DNA from: a virus
Length of the DNA stretch: 64,000 nt
Direction: 5' to 3' (one strand)
IMG/VR virus record: IMGVR_UViG_3300027754_000055
Coordinates: 1 to 64,000 of that record
Shown here: positions 35,548 to 45,183 of the stretch, piece after piece
How positions within the stretch are numbered: position 1 is the stretch's first letter
How the letters are laid out: every line of letters begins with the position of its first letter
Notes under the pieces: generated by a model
Database searches by the model: none
What the model was told of the DNA's origin: nothing
The model's input: the letters and a program-made list of their open reading frames with translations, nothing else
Position numbers and translations under genes: made by a program

Positions 35548-36033
35548 ATGAAACTTAGTGAAAAAAAATTATTAAAACAAATTATTAAAGAATCTATTTT
35601 GGTGAAAATCATTGGTGATGTGAACGAAGGCCATATAAGCAATATGGCAAGAGGCATTAAGGGTTTATTTAGTAAGTCAGAAGATGTACCAAGAAGCGTA
35701 CCAAAAGATGTACCAGAAAAAGTTAAAGATGTTCAAGATATTTCAAAAATTCCCGAAACAAGAAGTCTATGGCTACTTATCGGAAATGAAATAAAAGCAC
35801 AAAATGACGATTCAGAACGCACAGGATCAGTTTACCGTTGGATGGGTTTTTCTGATGAATATATAGAGAAATTTGGTAAAATATTTAAAAATCTTTTACC
35901 GCAACACATGGAACTAGTATTAAATTATTACAAATCTTTTAAAGATTCCGATTATGGGCCAGGATTTGACTCTATGATCGAAAAATTTCAAGAAATATAT
36001 GAGATCAGGTCAGCATCTAAAGGTAGATATTGA
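35548..36033 (+). CDS. Tagged hypothetical protein (likely start 35548)
   Basis: MKLSEKKLLKQIIKESIL; TACTTA at 35522 and AAGGA RBS. Confidence 0.7.
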   Translation: MKLSEKKLLKQIIKESILVKIIGDVNEGHISNMARGIKGLFSKSEDVPRSVPKDVPEKVKDVQDISKIPETRSLWLLIGNEIKAQNDDSERTGSVYRWMGFSDEYIEKFGKIFKNLLPQHMELVLNYYKSFKDSDYGPGFDSMIEKFQEIYEIRSASKGRY

Positions 36034-36043
36034 TAATTTTCCA

Positions 36044-36391
36044 CTAAATCATCTCGCACTCAACCCAAACTCTGATTAAATCAGAGTTTAAAGATGTTTT
36101 TCGATTGTTGTAACTTCCTTTGACTCTAAAGTCTGCAATTTTGCAGTTGATATAATCAAACTTAACTTTTGTTGAACCGTCTTCGTTCAGAAACTTAAGT
36201 TCAGCTTTTCGTGGATTTTTATCTTTTCTCCATTGCTGGAGTTGATTGATTGTTGAAGGAATCTGGCAATCCCACATCACAAGATCTATTTTGGTTGTTG
36301 ATGCCTCAACTGATTCTACCAAAAATGCATCAATTCCTTCAATTGAACATACAAACCGTTGCTCAGCCGTTGTAATAATTTCTTTTTCCAT
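36044..36391 (-). CDS. Shortened tail-tube (gp19)-like protein
   Basis: RFVCSIEGIDAFLV...LVMWDCQIPSTINQLQQW...KAELKFLNEDG resembles large-phage tail tube proteins; AGGAG RBS before ATG 36391. Confidence 0.5.
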   Translation of the reverse strand: MEKEIITTAEQRFVCSIEGIDAFLVESVEASTTKIDLVMWDCQIPSTINQLQQWRKDKNPRKAELKFLNEDGSTKVKFDYINCKIADFRVKGSYNNRKTSLNSDLIRVWVECEMI

Positions 36392-36491
36392 TTTGTCTCC
36401 TAGCTGTGTAACAGATGTTCGTACACAGGCTGTTATGTACTTTACAAATAATATTTCGTCATGTATAGTGATAATCAATTATATTAACGAT

Positions 36492-36752
36492 ATGACAAAC
36501 TACAACCAAAATATTGGTGATTTATTTACAATCACATTTTGTTCTTCTTGGCCAATGTGTAATGCAATAGGACAATTTGTGAGAAATGTAAATAACAATG
36601 AAATTGTTATGATTCTAGAGTACAGGCCACCTCCACATGTTATTCCATCGTATTCCTCAAATTCAGAAGGAATGGCTAAGGTATTATGTGCCGAAGGATG
36701 TGTCGGCTATGTTCCAATTAAGTTCCTTAAAATAATAAGAAAAGAAAAATAA
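36492..36752 (+). CDS. SH3-like paralogue family member (likely start 36492)
   Basis: QNIGDLFTI...VMILE...AKVLCAEGCVGYV; TTTACA-N17-TATAGT at 36441-36469. Confidence 0.7.
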   Translation: MTNYNQNIGDLFTITFCSSWPMCNAIGQFVRNVNNNEIVMILEYRPPPHVIPSYSSNSEGMAKVLCAEGCVGYVPIKFLKIIRKEK

Positions 36753-36753
36753 T

Positions 36754-37050
36754 ATGAAAAAAGTATATGTTTTATTGGAATGGCTTGAAGTTGATGTTTG
36801 TGGAGTACATAGCGTCTATGCAAGTAAAGAACTACTTGTAAAAGCGTTACTTGAAACAAAGAATAGTTCAGTTTACAGCAATGCAATGGCTTATTGGAAA
36901 AAATGTATTTGGGCCAATGGAACAACGGTTGACAAATCCAGATATGATAATTTCGAATCATTCCTGATAGATTATATTGAAAAAGTAATTAGCAAAAACC
37001 CACAGTGTCTGTTTGACTGTGTAGGCGAAGCAGAGGTGATCTGTGAGTGA
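36754..37050 (+). CDS. Hypothetical protein
   Basis: MKKVYVLLE...VHSVYASKE; resembles the ORF at 33521. Confidence 0.65.
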   Translation: MKKVYVLLEWLEVDVCGVHSVYASKELLVKALLETKNSSVYSNAMAYWKKCIWANGTTVDKSRYDNFESFLIDYIEKVISKNPQCLFDCVGEAEVICE

Positions 37051-37309
37051 GTACGAAAACCTAGAAATTGGAGGATTATACCATTATACGGTCGGAAGGC
37101 GCATTATTTTTTATGGGCCGAAAGGTAGTCTTTTAATCTCTAACAAGCAAGACGAACTAATTTCAGCAAACGAACCATTTGTTCTACTGGAAATCGGAAA
37201 GATGCACCTAAACACCTTTAGATGCAAGATATTATCGGCAAAAGGTATTGTCGGTTATATAGATACAAGATCAGAGTGTATTCTGAAGATCCCTGGTGAA
37301 AATCAATGA
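37043..37309 (+). CDS. SH3-like paralogue family member
   Basis: LEIGGLYHY...FVLLE...CKILSAKGIVGYI. Confidence 0.75.
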   Translation: MSEYENLEIGGLYHYTVGRRIIFYGPKGSLLISNKQDELISANEPFVLLEIGKMHLNTFRCKILSAKGIVGYIDTRSECILKIPGENQ

Positions 37310-37851
37310 GTGAACAAGAAAAATTTGAAGAAACAGATGCCATGGAATTGCTTAACCATCCTTATGATGATCCTACCCAAGCAATCATATGTTTCTTTCC
37401 AACCACCAACTTTGCAATGTTGTCAGTAACAGACAACTGGTGTTCACTTGTAGCTCGTACCTGCTTTGTACCAACAAAGGTCGAGAAATCCAAAAAACCA
37501 GATCATCCATGGATGGTATATTTGGACTATTATTTTGGTCAAGCTGTGATGGCACCATACAAAAGCATTTGGACCGACAAAGAACCGCAGTTGATGAAAG
37601 TGCTAAAACTGAAATCCATCAACCTTGAGATTGGGAAACTTTACGACACACACGTAAATGCCATGAATAGGCATTCATGGCCCGTGATGAGTAATTTATG
37701 TGATCATAACTACATCCCGCCACTTGCTAATCTCAAACAAAACGATTGGGTAGTCTTGCTTGAACTCATTCCAGAACACAAAAAAGCAAAAGTGTTAACC
37801 GCAAATGGATTGATTGGCTGGATTCCATCTGTGTTGTTAAAAGATCTGTGA
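37306..37851 (+). CDS. Two-domain protein with C-terminal SH3-like paralogue domain
   Basis: LEIGKLYD...VVLLE...AKVLTANGLIGWI. Confidence 0.75.
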   Translation: MSEQEKFEETDAMELLNHPYDDPTQAIICFFPTTNFAMLSVTDNWCSLVARTCFVPTKVEKSKKPDHPWMVYLDYYFGQAVMAPYKSIWTDKEPQLMKVLKLKSINLEIGKLYDTHVNAMNRHSWPVMSNLCDHNYIPPLANLKQNDWVVLLELIPEHKKAKVLTANGLIGWIPSVLLKDL

Positions 37852-37954
37852 AAAGGAAATCACAGTAGATGTATAGGCTAAACTTTGGTTAGTGACCAAA
37901 GTTCTTCAACCAATATACTTGATAACTTGATTTCTATAGGCTATAACTAAAACC

Positions 37955-38437
37955 ATGAATCATAAAGAACTATATGTGCTACTTGACTCCGATGGCGATA
38001 TCGTTGAAACATTCCCAGAGAACTCCAGCTACGCTCATATGTTCGACATAAGGCAGTCTATATGCCCTTCTGGTGCCATCCATCGTGCAACATTGGTCAT
38101 TGGGCAGGAAGAGCATGAGAGGCTACAGACGGCCCCTTCAAAGCTCGTTGCAGCTGCTCCGGTTAGAAGAAGGCTGGTTGCCCGCTGGAGGAACAGTGCG
38201 GCGGGAGAAGAAGACAAAGACAAAGACCTTGAGCGAGAGCGAGAGATATTGGGAGAAGTTGTAAGAAAACAACTGCAAGAATTTCTGATGGAAGATATCA
38301 GCAAAGAAAACGAACAAGAAGATGTTGCGAATGCGCTGATATCAGCGCAACACCAAACAGATCCATCCACTGCGGTTGATAAAGAAGCTTTCATAAAAGC
38401 GTTTGCTGAGATGACAGAAAGAAGAAGAAAACAATGA
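37955..38437 (+). CDS. Hypothetical early protein
   Basis: TTGATA-N17-TATAAC (37919-37947) 7 nt upstream. Confidence 0.7.
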   Translation: MNHKELYVLLDSDGDIVETFPENSSYAHMFDIRQSICPSGAIHRATLVIGQEEHERLQTAPSKLVAAAPVRRRLVARWRNSAAGEEDKDKDLEREREILGEVVRKQLQEFLMEDISKENEQEDVANALISAQHQTDPSTAVDKEAFIKAFAEMTERRRKQ

Positions 38438-38754
38438 TAACAGACAATACAAAACTATTCGAGTTCGTATATGATGCCGTAATTTCTGAAGGAGGAGACG
38501 GAGACTGTGCGGTAGTCCTTGAGTTGCAAGATCACAAGGCTGTATCTGACCAGTTTGAAATATTTCTCAAAACAAAGCCGTATGGCAACTGGCAGAGAGA
38601 AATTAGAGATAATGGAGATATCGGTTTCTGGGACCAGCAGGAATCCATTGTATTTTCTAATCATGATCACTTCTGTTCTTTTTTGGATGGTGCATCTGGC
38701 AAGGGATATCCAGAAGACAAGATTCCTTGCACGCAAAAAGTTATTACATTATGA
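38434..38754 (+). CDS. Hypothetical protein
   Basis: ATGA overlap; SEGGDGD motif. Confidence 0.65.
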   Translation: MITDNTKLFEFVYDAVISEGGDGDCAVVLELQDHKAVSDQFEIFLKTKPYGNWQREIRDNGDIGFWDQQESIVFSNHDHFCSFLDGASGKGYPEDKIPCTQKVITL

Positions 38755-38791
38755 TAGCAAACATCACATTGCCCGCAAGGAGATAAGAACA

Positions 38792-39148
38792 ATGACACAA
38801 GAAGAAAAAGATGATACGAAGCTTGCAGCGTTCAAAAAACATGCACAATGGATTATCGCCACCAATCCAGAGGATAAAGCGGTTTATCTATTAAAAGATA
38901 AAACAGATTCAAACAACTGGGGATTCCTTGTGGTGAGCATGGAAGGCGAATCACTGGATAATCATTGCGGCGATTGTCAAAGGGAATCAATCGTGTTCTA
39001 TAAGTTCAGAGGAACTCCAGAAATGCCTTGTCCAGCAATGTTTGGTATTGTTGGGCCAACAAAGTTTAAACGGATTCTGGATGGATCAGAAAAAGAATTA
39101 CTAGGAAAGTTCATTTTATGTGAAAAAATAGGTGGTTACAATGGATAA
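38792..39148 (+). CDS. Hypothetical protein (likely start 38792)
   Basis: AAGGAG RBS before MTQEEKDD. Confidence 0.65.
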   Translation: MTQEEKDDTKLAAFKKHAQWIIATNPEDKAVYLLKDKTDSNNWGFLVVSMEGESLDNHCGDCQRESIVFYKFRGTPEMPCPAMFGIVGPTKFKRILDGSEKELLGKFILCEKIGGYNG

Positions 39149-39737
39149 ATCACAAAATTACATGGCTATTGATTTAGAACTAAATACTGATACCGATGGA
39201 CAAACCACTAAGATTATTCAAGTGGGTATTGCGATTGGTAATGCAGAACAACCAGATGACATATTGATAAAAAGCTGGTATATTAATCCAGAAGAGCCAT
39301 TATCACCACATATCCAAGCACTCACTGGGATTACCGAAAACAATGTTAAGCAAGGCTCTACTCCAATCAATCAGATTGCCGATGAAATTGGTAAATTGAT
39401 TCAATCAAAAAAGGTCTTTGTGAATCCCATTCAGTGGGGCGGTGGAGATGCTGATGAATTAAAGAAGTTATTTGAAGATAATCAAATTGAATTTCCTTAC
39501 TTTGGTCATAGAATAATCGATGTAAAAACATTTTTTGTTTTCATCGAACTTGCTAACGATAGATCTCTTGCCGGTGGCTTACGCTCTTGCATGAATAAAT
39601 ATAAATTAGATTTTATTGGCAAACCACACAGGGCTGATGTAGATGCTTTTAATACACTGCGTTTCTATTTCTTTTTAATAGAGCGGCAAAGAAAACTAGA
39701 AGCCATGATGCAAACAATTAAATCAATCAAATATTAA
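39141..39737 (+). CDS. DEDDh 3'-5' exonuclease (second)
   Basis: AIDLELN, LTGIT, WGGGD, IDVK, HRADVDA. Confidence 0.88.
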   Translation: MDKSQNYMAIDLELNTDTDGQTTKIIQVGIAIGNAEQPDDILIKSWYINPEEPLSPHIQALTGITENNVKQGSTPINQIADEIGKLIQSKKVFVNPIQWGGGDADELKKLFEDNQIEFPYFGHRIIDVKTFFVFIELANDRSLAGGLRSCMNKYKLDFIGKPHRADVDAFNTLRFYFFLIERQRKLEAMMQTIKSIKY

Positions 39738-39742
39738 TTGGC

Positions 39743-40207
39743 ATGAAACAGTATATAATCAATTCATTTCTTCACCCGTTCCTATCTGATTATAAAATAT
39801 ATAGAAAATGGATTGGCGGTGAATGGAGTCGTAGATATATTGATTACGCATACAATGACATCTGGTTTTTAAAATCAGATCCTGTACCAATGTGTGCTAG
39901 AGGCATGGCATATTGTGAATACTACCATAAAGAAACAATGCCTTTTAACCAATTAAAAATTGGTAAATTATATCAAATGGTTTCTGGATATGAAACCGTT
40001 GGGATAAGAGACGAAAATGGCGAAGAAGTAGGGCGTGTAAAATTAAAAGATCCTATCGTATATCTTGGGTTTTGTCACAATCCGACAATCGAAAATGATT
40101 GGGGCGAATTAATTAAGCTGGATTATAAGTTTTTAACCTGTGATGGATTAGTCGGTTTTATACCAACCGATAGAGATGTTGGCTTTATTGCCGCCGAAAT
40201 TATCTGA
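39743..40207 (+). CDS. Two-domain protein with C-terminal SH3-like paralogue domain
   Basis: LKIGKLYQM...VYLG...YKFLTCDGLVGFI. Confidence 0.7.
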   Translation: MKQYIINSFLHPFLSDYKIYRKWIGGEWSRRYIDYAYNDIWFLKSDPVPMCARGMAYCEYYHKETMPFNQLKIGKLYQMVSGYETVGIRDENGEEVGRVKLKDPIVYLGFCHNPTIENDWGELIKLDYKFLTCDGLVGFIPTDRDVGFIAAEII

Positions 40208-40247
40208 ACCATCTCATCGCTATCAATTAAAATAATTAATTTGGTGA

Positions 40248-40276
40248 TTGACTGGTTATGTATGTAATGCTATCAT
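40248..40276 (+). promoter_or_regulatory. sigma70-type promoter for the helicase operon
   Basis: TTGACT-N17-TATCAT with TGn; implies a true start at 40291 or later. Confidence 0.65.
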
Positions 40277-43257
40277 CAATCCAAGTACAAATGGAAATTA
40301 AAAATAAAATTGAAGTAATTTATGGTAATGCTATCCAAGATGGCAACTTTATGTTTAAGGTTTCTGAGCCTTCTAGGATCATTCCAAGAGTAAATGATTC
40401 AAAATATCATTCTCTAAAAGAATGGCAAGTAGAAGCCGTCACTCAACTGAATAATGAAAAATATTTCATTATTCAAGCCCCTACAGGGGCAGGGAAAAGC
40501 TATGGGCTTTGCTCGCTAGCATATGAAAAAATTAAAAATGATAGGCAATTAAAAGTTGTATTTGCAGTGCCGCAAACAATTATTGCCAGCGGATTCGTTG
40601 ATAAAACTTTTGTGAGTGCCTTTGGAGATAAAGTAGATTTTAACCCGCACGCAAATCTTTGCAGTGACTATACAAACGAAGGCACTGTCAGAGATTTTCT
40701 TGGGTTTCTCGGCAATACTGCCCCGGTTTCTGTAGGGATGGAAAGCCAAAACGTTGTCATTTGTACGCATGCAACTCTCGTTGCAGCATTCAAGGCAAAT
40801 AGAAGTTTATTCAACAATGTTCTCGTTGTCGTGGATGAAGCGCACCATGTTAGAAACGAAATTGTATACACAGATTTAGAAGACGATGGAGAACTTGAAT
40901 CGGAAAATGAGTGCGATGAAGAGGATGAAAATCAAGAGCTAATTTGGAATGGCCTTGGAGAAATTGTAAGTTACGCACTAGAAGATAATAATCAAGATAA
41001 AAATTTCCAGATTGGATTAACGACGGCAACATTTTTTCGTAGTGATTCCGCATCAGTTGTTCCGGCTGGGACCAAGAATGATAAATTTTCTACATTCTTT
41101 CTACCATTCGATAAATTTTTTAATTCACTGACGCATCTGCGTTCACTTTCATTTAATTCCGTATTCTATTCAAAAGATTACTGGCGGCAAATTGACGAAT
41201 GCATCAAGACACAGGGCGAGTTTAAAAAATCAATATTCTTTATTCCATCAGTAATGTCACATTCTTCGTCTGGTAAGAAAAATGATGTCTTAAATATCAT
41301 TAAAGGCATTTCCGGTAAGCAATTTATTGTTGAGGATATCGATTATCAATTCCTAAATGAATCATTGAAAAAAACGACATATGATAATCATATTTATATT
41401 AGCATTACTAGAAACGGAGAAACACTGCGCTTTGTAGATTTTGTCTCAGAGCCAAATCGCAAGGAAAAAAAGAAAATTATCAATGACTCTCACGATGCCG
41501 ACTTAGAAGAAAATATCCATGGTATTATTGCCCTTGGAGTTTTCAAAGAAGGGGCTTCGTGGAAATGGGCAGAGAACTGCTATATCATTGGAGAGCGTAG
41601 ATCGCTAGTAGAGCTTGTGCAAATTAACGGTAGACTCTATCGTGATGTGGCCGGTAAAGAATCAGTGTCTACATTTTATTTTGTAGATCGATATTTTGAT
41701 CCAACAAGCACTGAAGATGAATTCTTGGAACGTTCAAACACAACGTTTAAAACTGTCTTTGTTTCAATGATGATCGAAGAGATTCTTATGCCGCCTTGTA
41801 AAATCACAAGGCGAATTAATGTAGTAAATAAAATCACTGGTGCGCTAGAGGAAGTTGTCAAAGAGTATCATCCAATCCTTGAACTCGCTGGTAGCCCTGA
41901 TAAGGCCATTACACTTAAGAAAAACATTATTGATACTTTTAATGAATTATCCATAAAGGAGTTAACTTCAGCTGAAATTAATAAAGGTGGAGATGTTGTA
42001 CTTGGTAAAATTCAAAATCTTGTAAAAAAAGCTATTATAATCAATCTTGAAAAAAACAAAACATACGCCGAAGAATCTATTGAGGATGCCGTTAAAGAAA
42101 TCTATGATTTTACGGCAAAAAGAAATAACGCTACTAAAAACACAAAGCCGAAAGAGGCATTAAAAGAGCCAATGTTTGATGTGAATGATATCAATTTTGA
42201 TATTATGGACAAAACACCACTTGGGCTCTGGTTCGCTTGTTCTTCGGGTAATGTGGGAGTTAAAGATTTCGAGAAACTACGTACCGCTTTTTGTTCTGGA
42301 ATTGATGCTCAAATAAATTCAGTAAAAGAAATTATAGATTTTAAGCAGAAAAATGGAAATTTGCCTTCTCAGGGATCTAAAGACCAAACAGAAAAGAAAA
42401 TGGGGAACAAGCTTTCCGATTTAAAAAAAGCTAAGCAAGGAAAGGGTAGAAGTAAGTTTTATGCAGAAACACATGATTATGCAAAAGGTCGTGGTTGTCC
42501 CGATATGTTTGAGGTTGAAACGGAAGAAACAAGAAAAGCAGACCAAATAGAATCAGTAAAAGAAATTATAGATTTTAAGGAAAAAAATGGAAAGTGGCCT
42601 TCTCACGCTTCTAAAGACCAAACAGAAAAGAAAATGGGGAACAAGCTTTCCGATTTAAAAACAGCCAAACAAGGAAGGGGTAACAGTAAGTTTTATGTAG
42701 AGACACAGGAGTATATAAAAGATCGTGGTTATCCTGATATGTTTGAGGTTGAAACAGAAGAAACAAGAAAAGCAGACCAAATAGAATCAGTAAAAGAAAT
42801 TATAGATTTTAAGGAAAAAAATGGAAAATATCCTTCGGAAAAATCTAAAGATCCAACAGAAAAGAAAATGGGGAAAAAGCTTTCCGATTTAAAATCAGCC
42901 AAGCAAGGAAGGGATAGGCGTGGGTGCAAGTTTTACCCAGAGACACAGGATTATGCAAAAGGTCGTGGTTATCCTGATATGTTTGAGATTGAAACGGAAG
43001 AAACAAGAAAAGCAGACCAAATAGAATCAGTAAAAGAAATTATAGATTTTAAGGAAAAAAATGGAAATTTGCCTTCTCAGGGATCTAAAGACCAAACAGA
43101 AAAGAAAATGGGGAAAAAGCTTTCCGATTTAAAAAAAGCTAAGCAAGGAAAGGGTAGAAGTAAGTTTTATGCAGAAACACATGATTATGCAAAAGGTCGT
43201 GGTTATCCTGATATGTTTGAGGTTAGGAAGCAAAAAACAACTGGGTCTATAAAATGA
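40258..43257 (+). CDS. SF2 (DEAH-box) helicase with four C-terminal helicase-associated-like repeats
   Basis: WQ Q-motif, APTGAGKS, VVDEAHH, TTAT, KEG, QINGRLYR; four repeats IIDFK.KNG..PS. Confidence 0.88.
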   Translation: MYVMLSSIQVQMEIKNKIEVIYGNAIQDGNFMFKVSEPSRIIPRVNDSKYHSLKEWQVEAVTQLNNEKYFIIQAPTGAGKSYGLCSLAYEKIKNDRQLKVVFAVPQTIIASGFVDKTFVSAFGDKVDFNPHANLCSDYTNEGTVRDFLGFLGNTAPVSVGMESQNVVICTHATLVAAFKANRSLFNNVLVVVDEAHHVRNEIVYTDLEDDGELESENECDEEDENQELIWNGLGEIVSYALEDNNQDKNFQIGLTTATFFRSDSASVVPAGTKNDKFSTFFLPFDKFFNSLTHLRSLSFNSVFYSKDYWRQIDECIKTQGEFKKSIFFIPSVMSHSSSGKKNDVLNIIKGISGKQFIVEDIDYQFLNESLKKTTYDNHIYISITRNGETLRFVDFVSEPNRKEKKKIINDSHDADLEENIHGIIALGVFKEGASWKWAENCYIIGERRSLVELVQINGRLYRDVAGKESVSTFYFVDRYFDPTSTEDEFLERSNTTFKTVFVSMMIEEILMPPCKITRRINVVNKITGALEEVVKEYHPILELAGSPDKAITLKKNIIDTFNELSIKELTSAEINKGGDVVLGKIQNLVKKAIIINLEKNKTYAEESIEDAVKEIYDFTAKRNNATKNTKPKEALKEPMFDVNDINFDIMDKTPLGLWFACSSGNVGVKDFEKLRTAFCSGIDAQINSVKEIIDFKQKNGNLPSQGSKDQTEKKMGNKLSDLKKAKQGKGRSKFYAETHDYAKGRGCPDMFEVETEETRKADQIESVKEIIDFKEKNGKWPSHASKDQTEKKMGNKLSDLKTAKQGRGNSKFYVETQEYIKDRGYPDMFEVETEETRKADQIESVKEIIDFKEKNGKYPSEKSKDPTEKKMGKKLSDLKSAKQGRDRRGCKFYPETQDYAKGRGYPDMFEIETEETRKADQIESVKEIIDFKEKNGNLPSQGSKDQTEKKMGKKLSDLKKAKQGKGRSKFYAETHDYAKGRGYPDMFEVRKQKTTGSIK
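42310..43225 (+). repeat. Four in-frame tandem repeats (234, 234, 240 bp, last partial)
   Basis: Units start at 42310, 42544, 42778 and 43018 with CAAATA(A/G)A(T/A)TCAGTAAAAGAAATTATAGATTTTAAG. Confidence 0.95.
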
Positions 43258-43925
43258 TAACTAAGCACATGTATAGTGGATGCAATAAAAAAATTACAGC
43301 AAGAGAGATGACGGTCATTGGTCAGTATAGAGAAATATTCAAACAACAATCCTTGCCAATGCAAAAGCAATTTATTTCTCTTTGTGGGCTATGCTGTGAT
43401 GTAGACAAAGGAAATATTTTACTAAAGGACTCAGAATTAGACCATGTTCTTAAATCTCGTTTATTAGAATCACCATCGCAATATCATGGAATCGATGCCA
43501 ATCAAGACACGATAAGTGCGAATAAATTAATTAGCGATTTTGTCGGCTCAGCAAAGCAGCCAAATTGGCATTGTAGATATTTCAAACTTGCAATTGATAG
43601 AATCGCAAGAGAAGAGTGGTTCAATCCAGGGATTATCAATTATGATTGCACGGTAATGCCAGAAAAAGCAATGGGCGATCTCAAACAAATCATTAATCTA
43701 ACCAAAAATAAAAATGACATCCTTGTTGTTTGTAATTTCGTCACAAGAGCAAGACATAAAACTTGCTCGCCAGAAGAATTATTTGAAACCATTAAAACAT
43801 CTGGCCTTTTGGATTTATTAAATAGAGATCAATGGGTTTTGCACGAAGTTATTTATCAATATAATGGAACAGGAAAATCATCGAATACAACAATGTCCAC
43901 GATAGTATTCTATAAAAAACAATAA
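43254..43925 (+). CDS. Putative Rossmann-fold methyltransferase-like protein
   Basis: ATGA overlap with helicase; FISLCG, QYHGID and GIINYD are spaced like motifs I, II and IV. Confidence 0.4.
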   Translation: MITKHMYSGCNKKITAREMTVIGQYREIFKQQSLPMQKQFISLCGLCCDVDKGNILLKDSELDHVLKSRLLESPSQYHGIDANQDTISANKLISDFVGSAKQPNWHCRYFKLAIDRIAREEWFNPGIINYDCTVMPEKAMGDLKQIINLTKNKNDILVVCNFVTRARHKTCSPEELFETIKTSGLLDLLNRDQWVLHEVIYQYNGTGKSSNTTMSTIVFYKKQ

Positions 43926-44000
43926 TTAATACGCTAAATTTCTGATGATTTTATTTTTAATATACTTGACTGGCCGCAATAAAAATGATATCATATCAGA

Positions 44001-44291
44001 ATGATATCAACTGAACTTAAAATTGGCAAATTATACGTGCTACCATTCAAATATTCAATATTCGATATCCAAAATGAACAGCGATACACTGGACATACCA
44101 CACGATATAAAACATATCTCACTGAAGGTACGCCAGTACTTATTCTGAATTTACAAAATATAGCCAGCTATATTAATATATCATTAACAAAATACTTAAT
44201 ATACCGCATTCTGTGCCCAGATGGCAATATAGTCTATATCGAAGTAACAGACAATGCAATCAAGGGTTTCTGGAAAGAAGTTAAAATATAA
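44001..44291 (+). CDS. SH3-like paralogue family member
   Basis: LKIGKLYVL...YRILCPDGNIVYI; TTGACT-N17-TATCAT (43966-43994). Confidence 0.75.
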   Translation: MISTELKIGKLYVLPFKYSIFDIQNEQRYTGHTTRYKTYLTEGTPVLILNLQNIASYINISLTKYLIYRILCPDGNIVYIEVTDNAIKGFWKEVKI

Positions 44292-44575
44292 TGGTTTTAC
44301 TTAAACCAGGGAAATTATATGTTAATAATTTCCTGAAGTACAACACAGATCCTGCATTTAGGAAACTTGGCTTTAATGTTTTTGTCGATGAAAATAATTC
44401 TAAATCTTTTGGCATTAGATCAGATGAGATAATTATGATAATTGAAATGGTTAGGCAAGAGATCAATAGAAAAATAAAATTTACAAAATATAAAATCTTA
44501 ACAAAAGATAAGGTTGGTTTTATCAATATCTATGAAGGATTAGAAAAAGATTGGCAGGAAGTATCCCTTGGCTAA
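44291..44575 (+). CDS. SH3-like paralogue family member
   Basis: LKPGKLYV...MIIE...YKILTKDKVGFI. Confidence 0.75.
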   Translation: MVLLKPGKLYVNNFLKYNTDPAFRKLGFNVFVDENNSKSFGIRSDEIIMIIEMVRQEINRKIKFTKYKILTKDKVGFINIYEGLEKDWQEVSLG

Positions 44576-44867
44576 TTTGTTAAAACCGGGTAAATTTTAT
44601 AAAAATATTGCCAAAATACGTGGGGGTTTTCTTGTCCATAAAAAACACCCAGATTTAAATAAAAAATTTACTTTAGATCAATTGGATCAATATACCACTA
44701 TATTCGATGGTGATCTTGTTTTAATTGTTGAAAATTTAGGAGAGAAAATTTGTACCCCAAGCAAAAACAAATATATCACCTATAAAATATTAACAAAAGA
44801 TTGTGTTGGCTATATTTTTGTATATAATAACGCTTCAAGAAATTGGGTTGAAGTAACGTCATGTTGA
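44568..44867 (+). CDS. SH3-like paralogue family member
   Basis: LKPGKFYK...LIVE...YKILTKDCVGYI. Confidence 0.75.
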   Translation: MANLLKPGKFYKNIAKIRGGFLVHKKHPDLNKKFTLDQLDQYTTIFDGDLVLIVENLGEKICTPSKNKYITYKILTKDCVGYIFVYNNASRNWVEVTSC

Positions 44868-45175
44868 ATCTTAAACCAGGAAAATTATATAAGATATTAT
44901 CTGATCAGAACATAGCAATTTTTAGATATTCAGATGGAAATGTAATAGATATTCTTAAACCAGATAGTAATACTATGTTTTTATATCTGGGAAAATTACC
45001 GTCAGATGTTTTTGATGAAAGAAATAATTTTACAATCAAAAATAATGTTGATTTTATTCGTCATAAATTATTATTGCCTGATGGAACATTGTCATATATC
45101 AATATAGGACGCATAGAAAATCAAAAAGAAATTTACTATGATCCTAATATTAAATGGATGGAAATATTTCCATAA
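44861..45175 (+). CDS. SH3-like paralogue family member
   Basis: LKPGKLYKI...LYLG...HKLLLPDGTLSYI. Confidence 0.75.
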   Translation: MLNLKPGKLYKILSDQNIAIFRYSDGNVIDILKPDSNTMFLYLGKLPSDVFDERNNFTIKNNVDFIRHKLLLPDGTLSYINIGRIENQKEIYYDPNIKWMEIFP

Positions 45176-45183
45176 TTTCAGTA

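Noticed and set aside
42310-43225. Diversity-generating retroelement template/variable repeats
   Set aside because: Differences are not adenine-specific, all units are in-frame tandem copies, and no reverse transcriptase is in the window.
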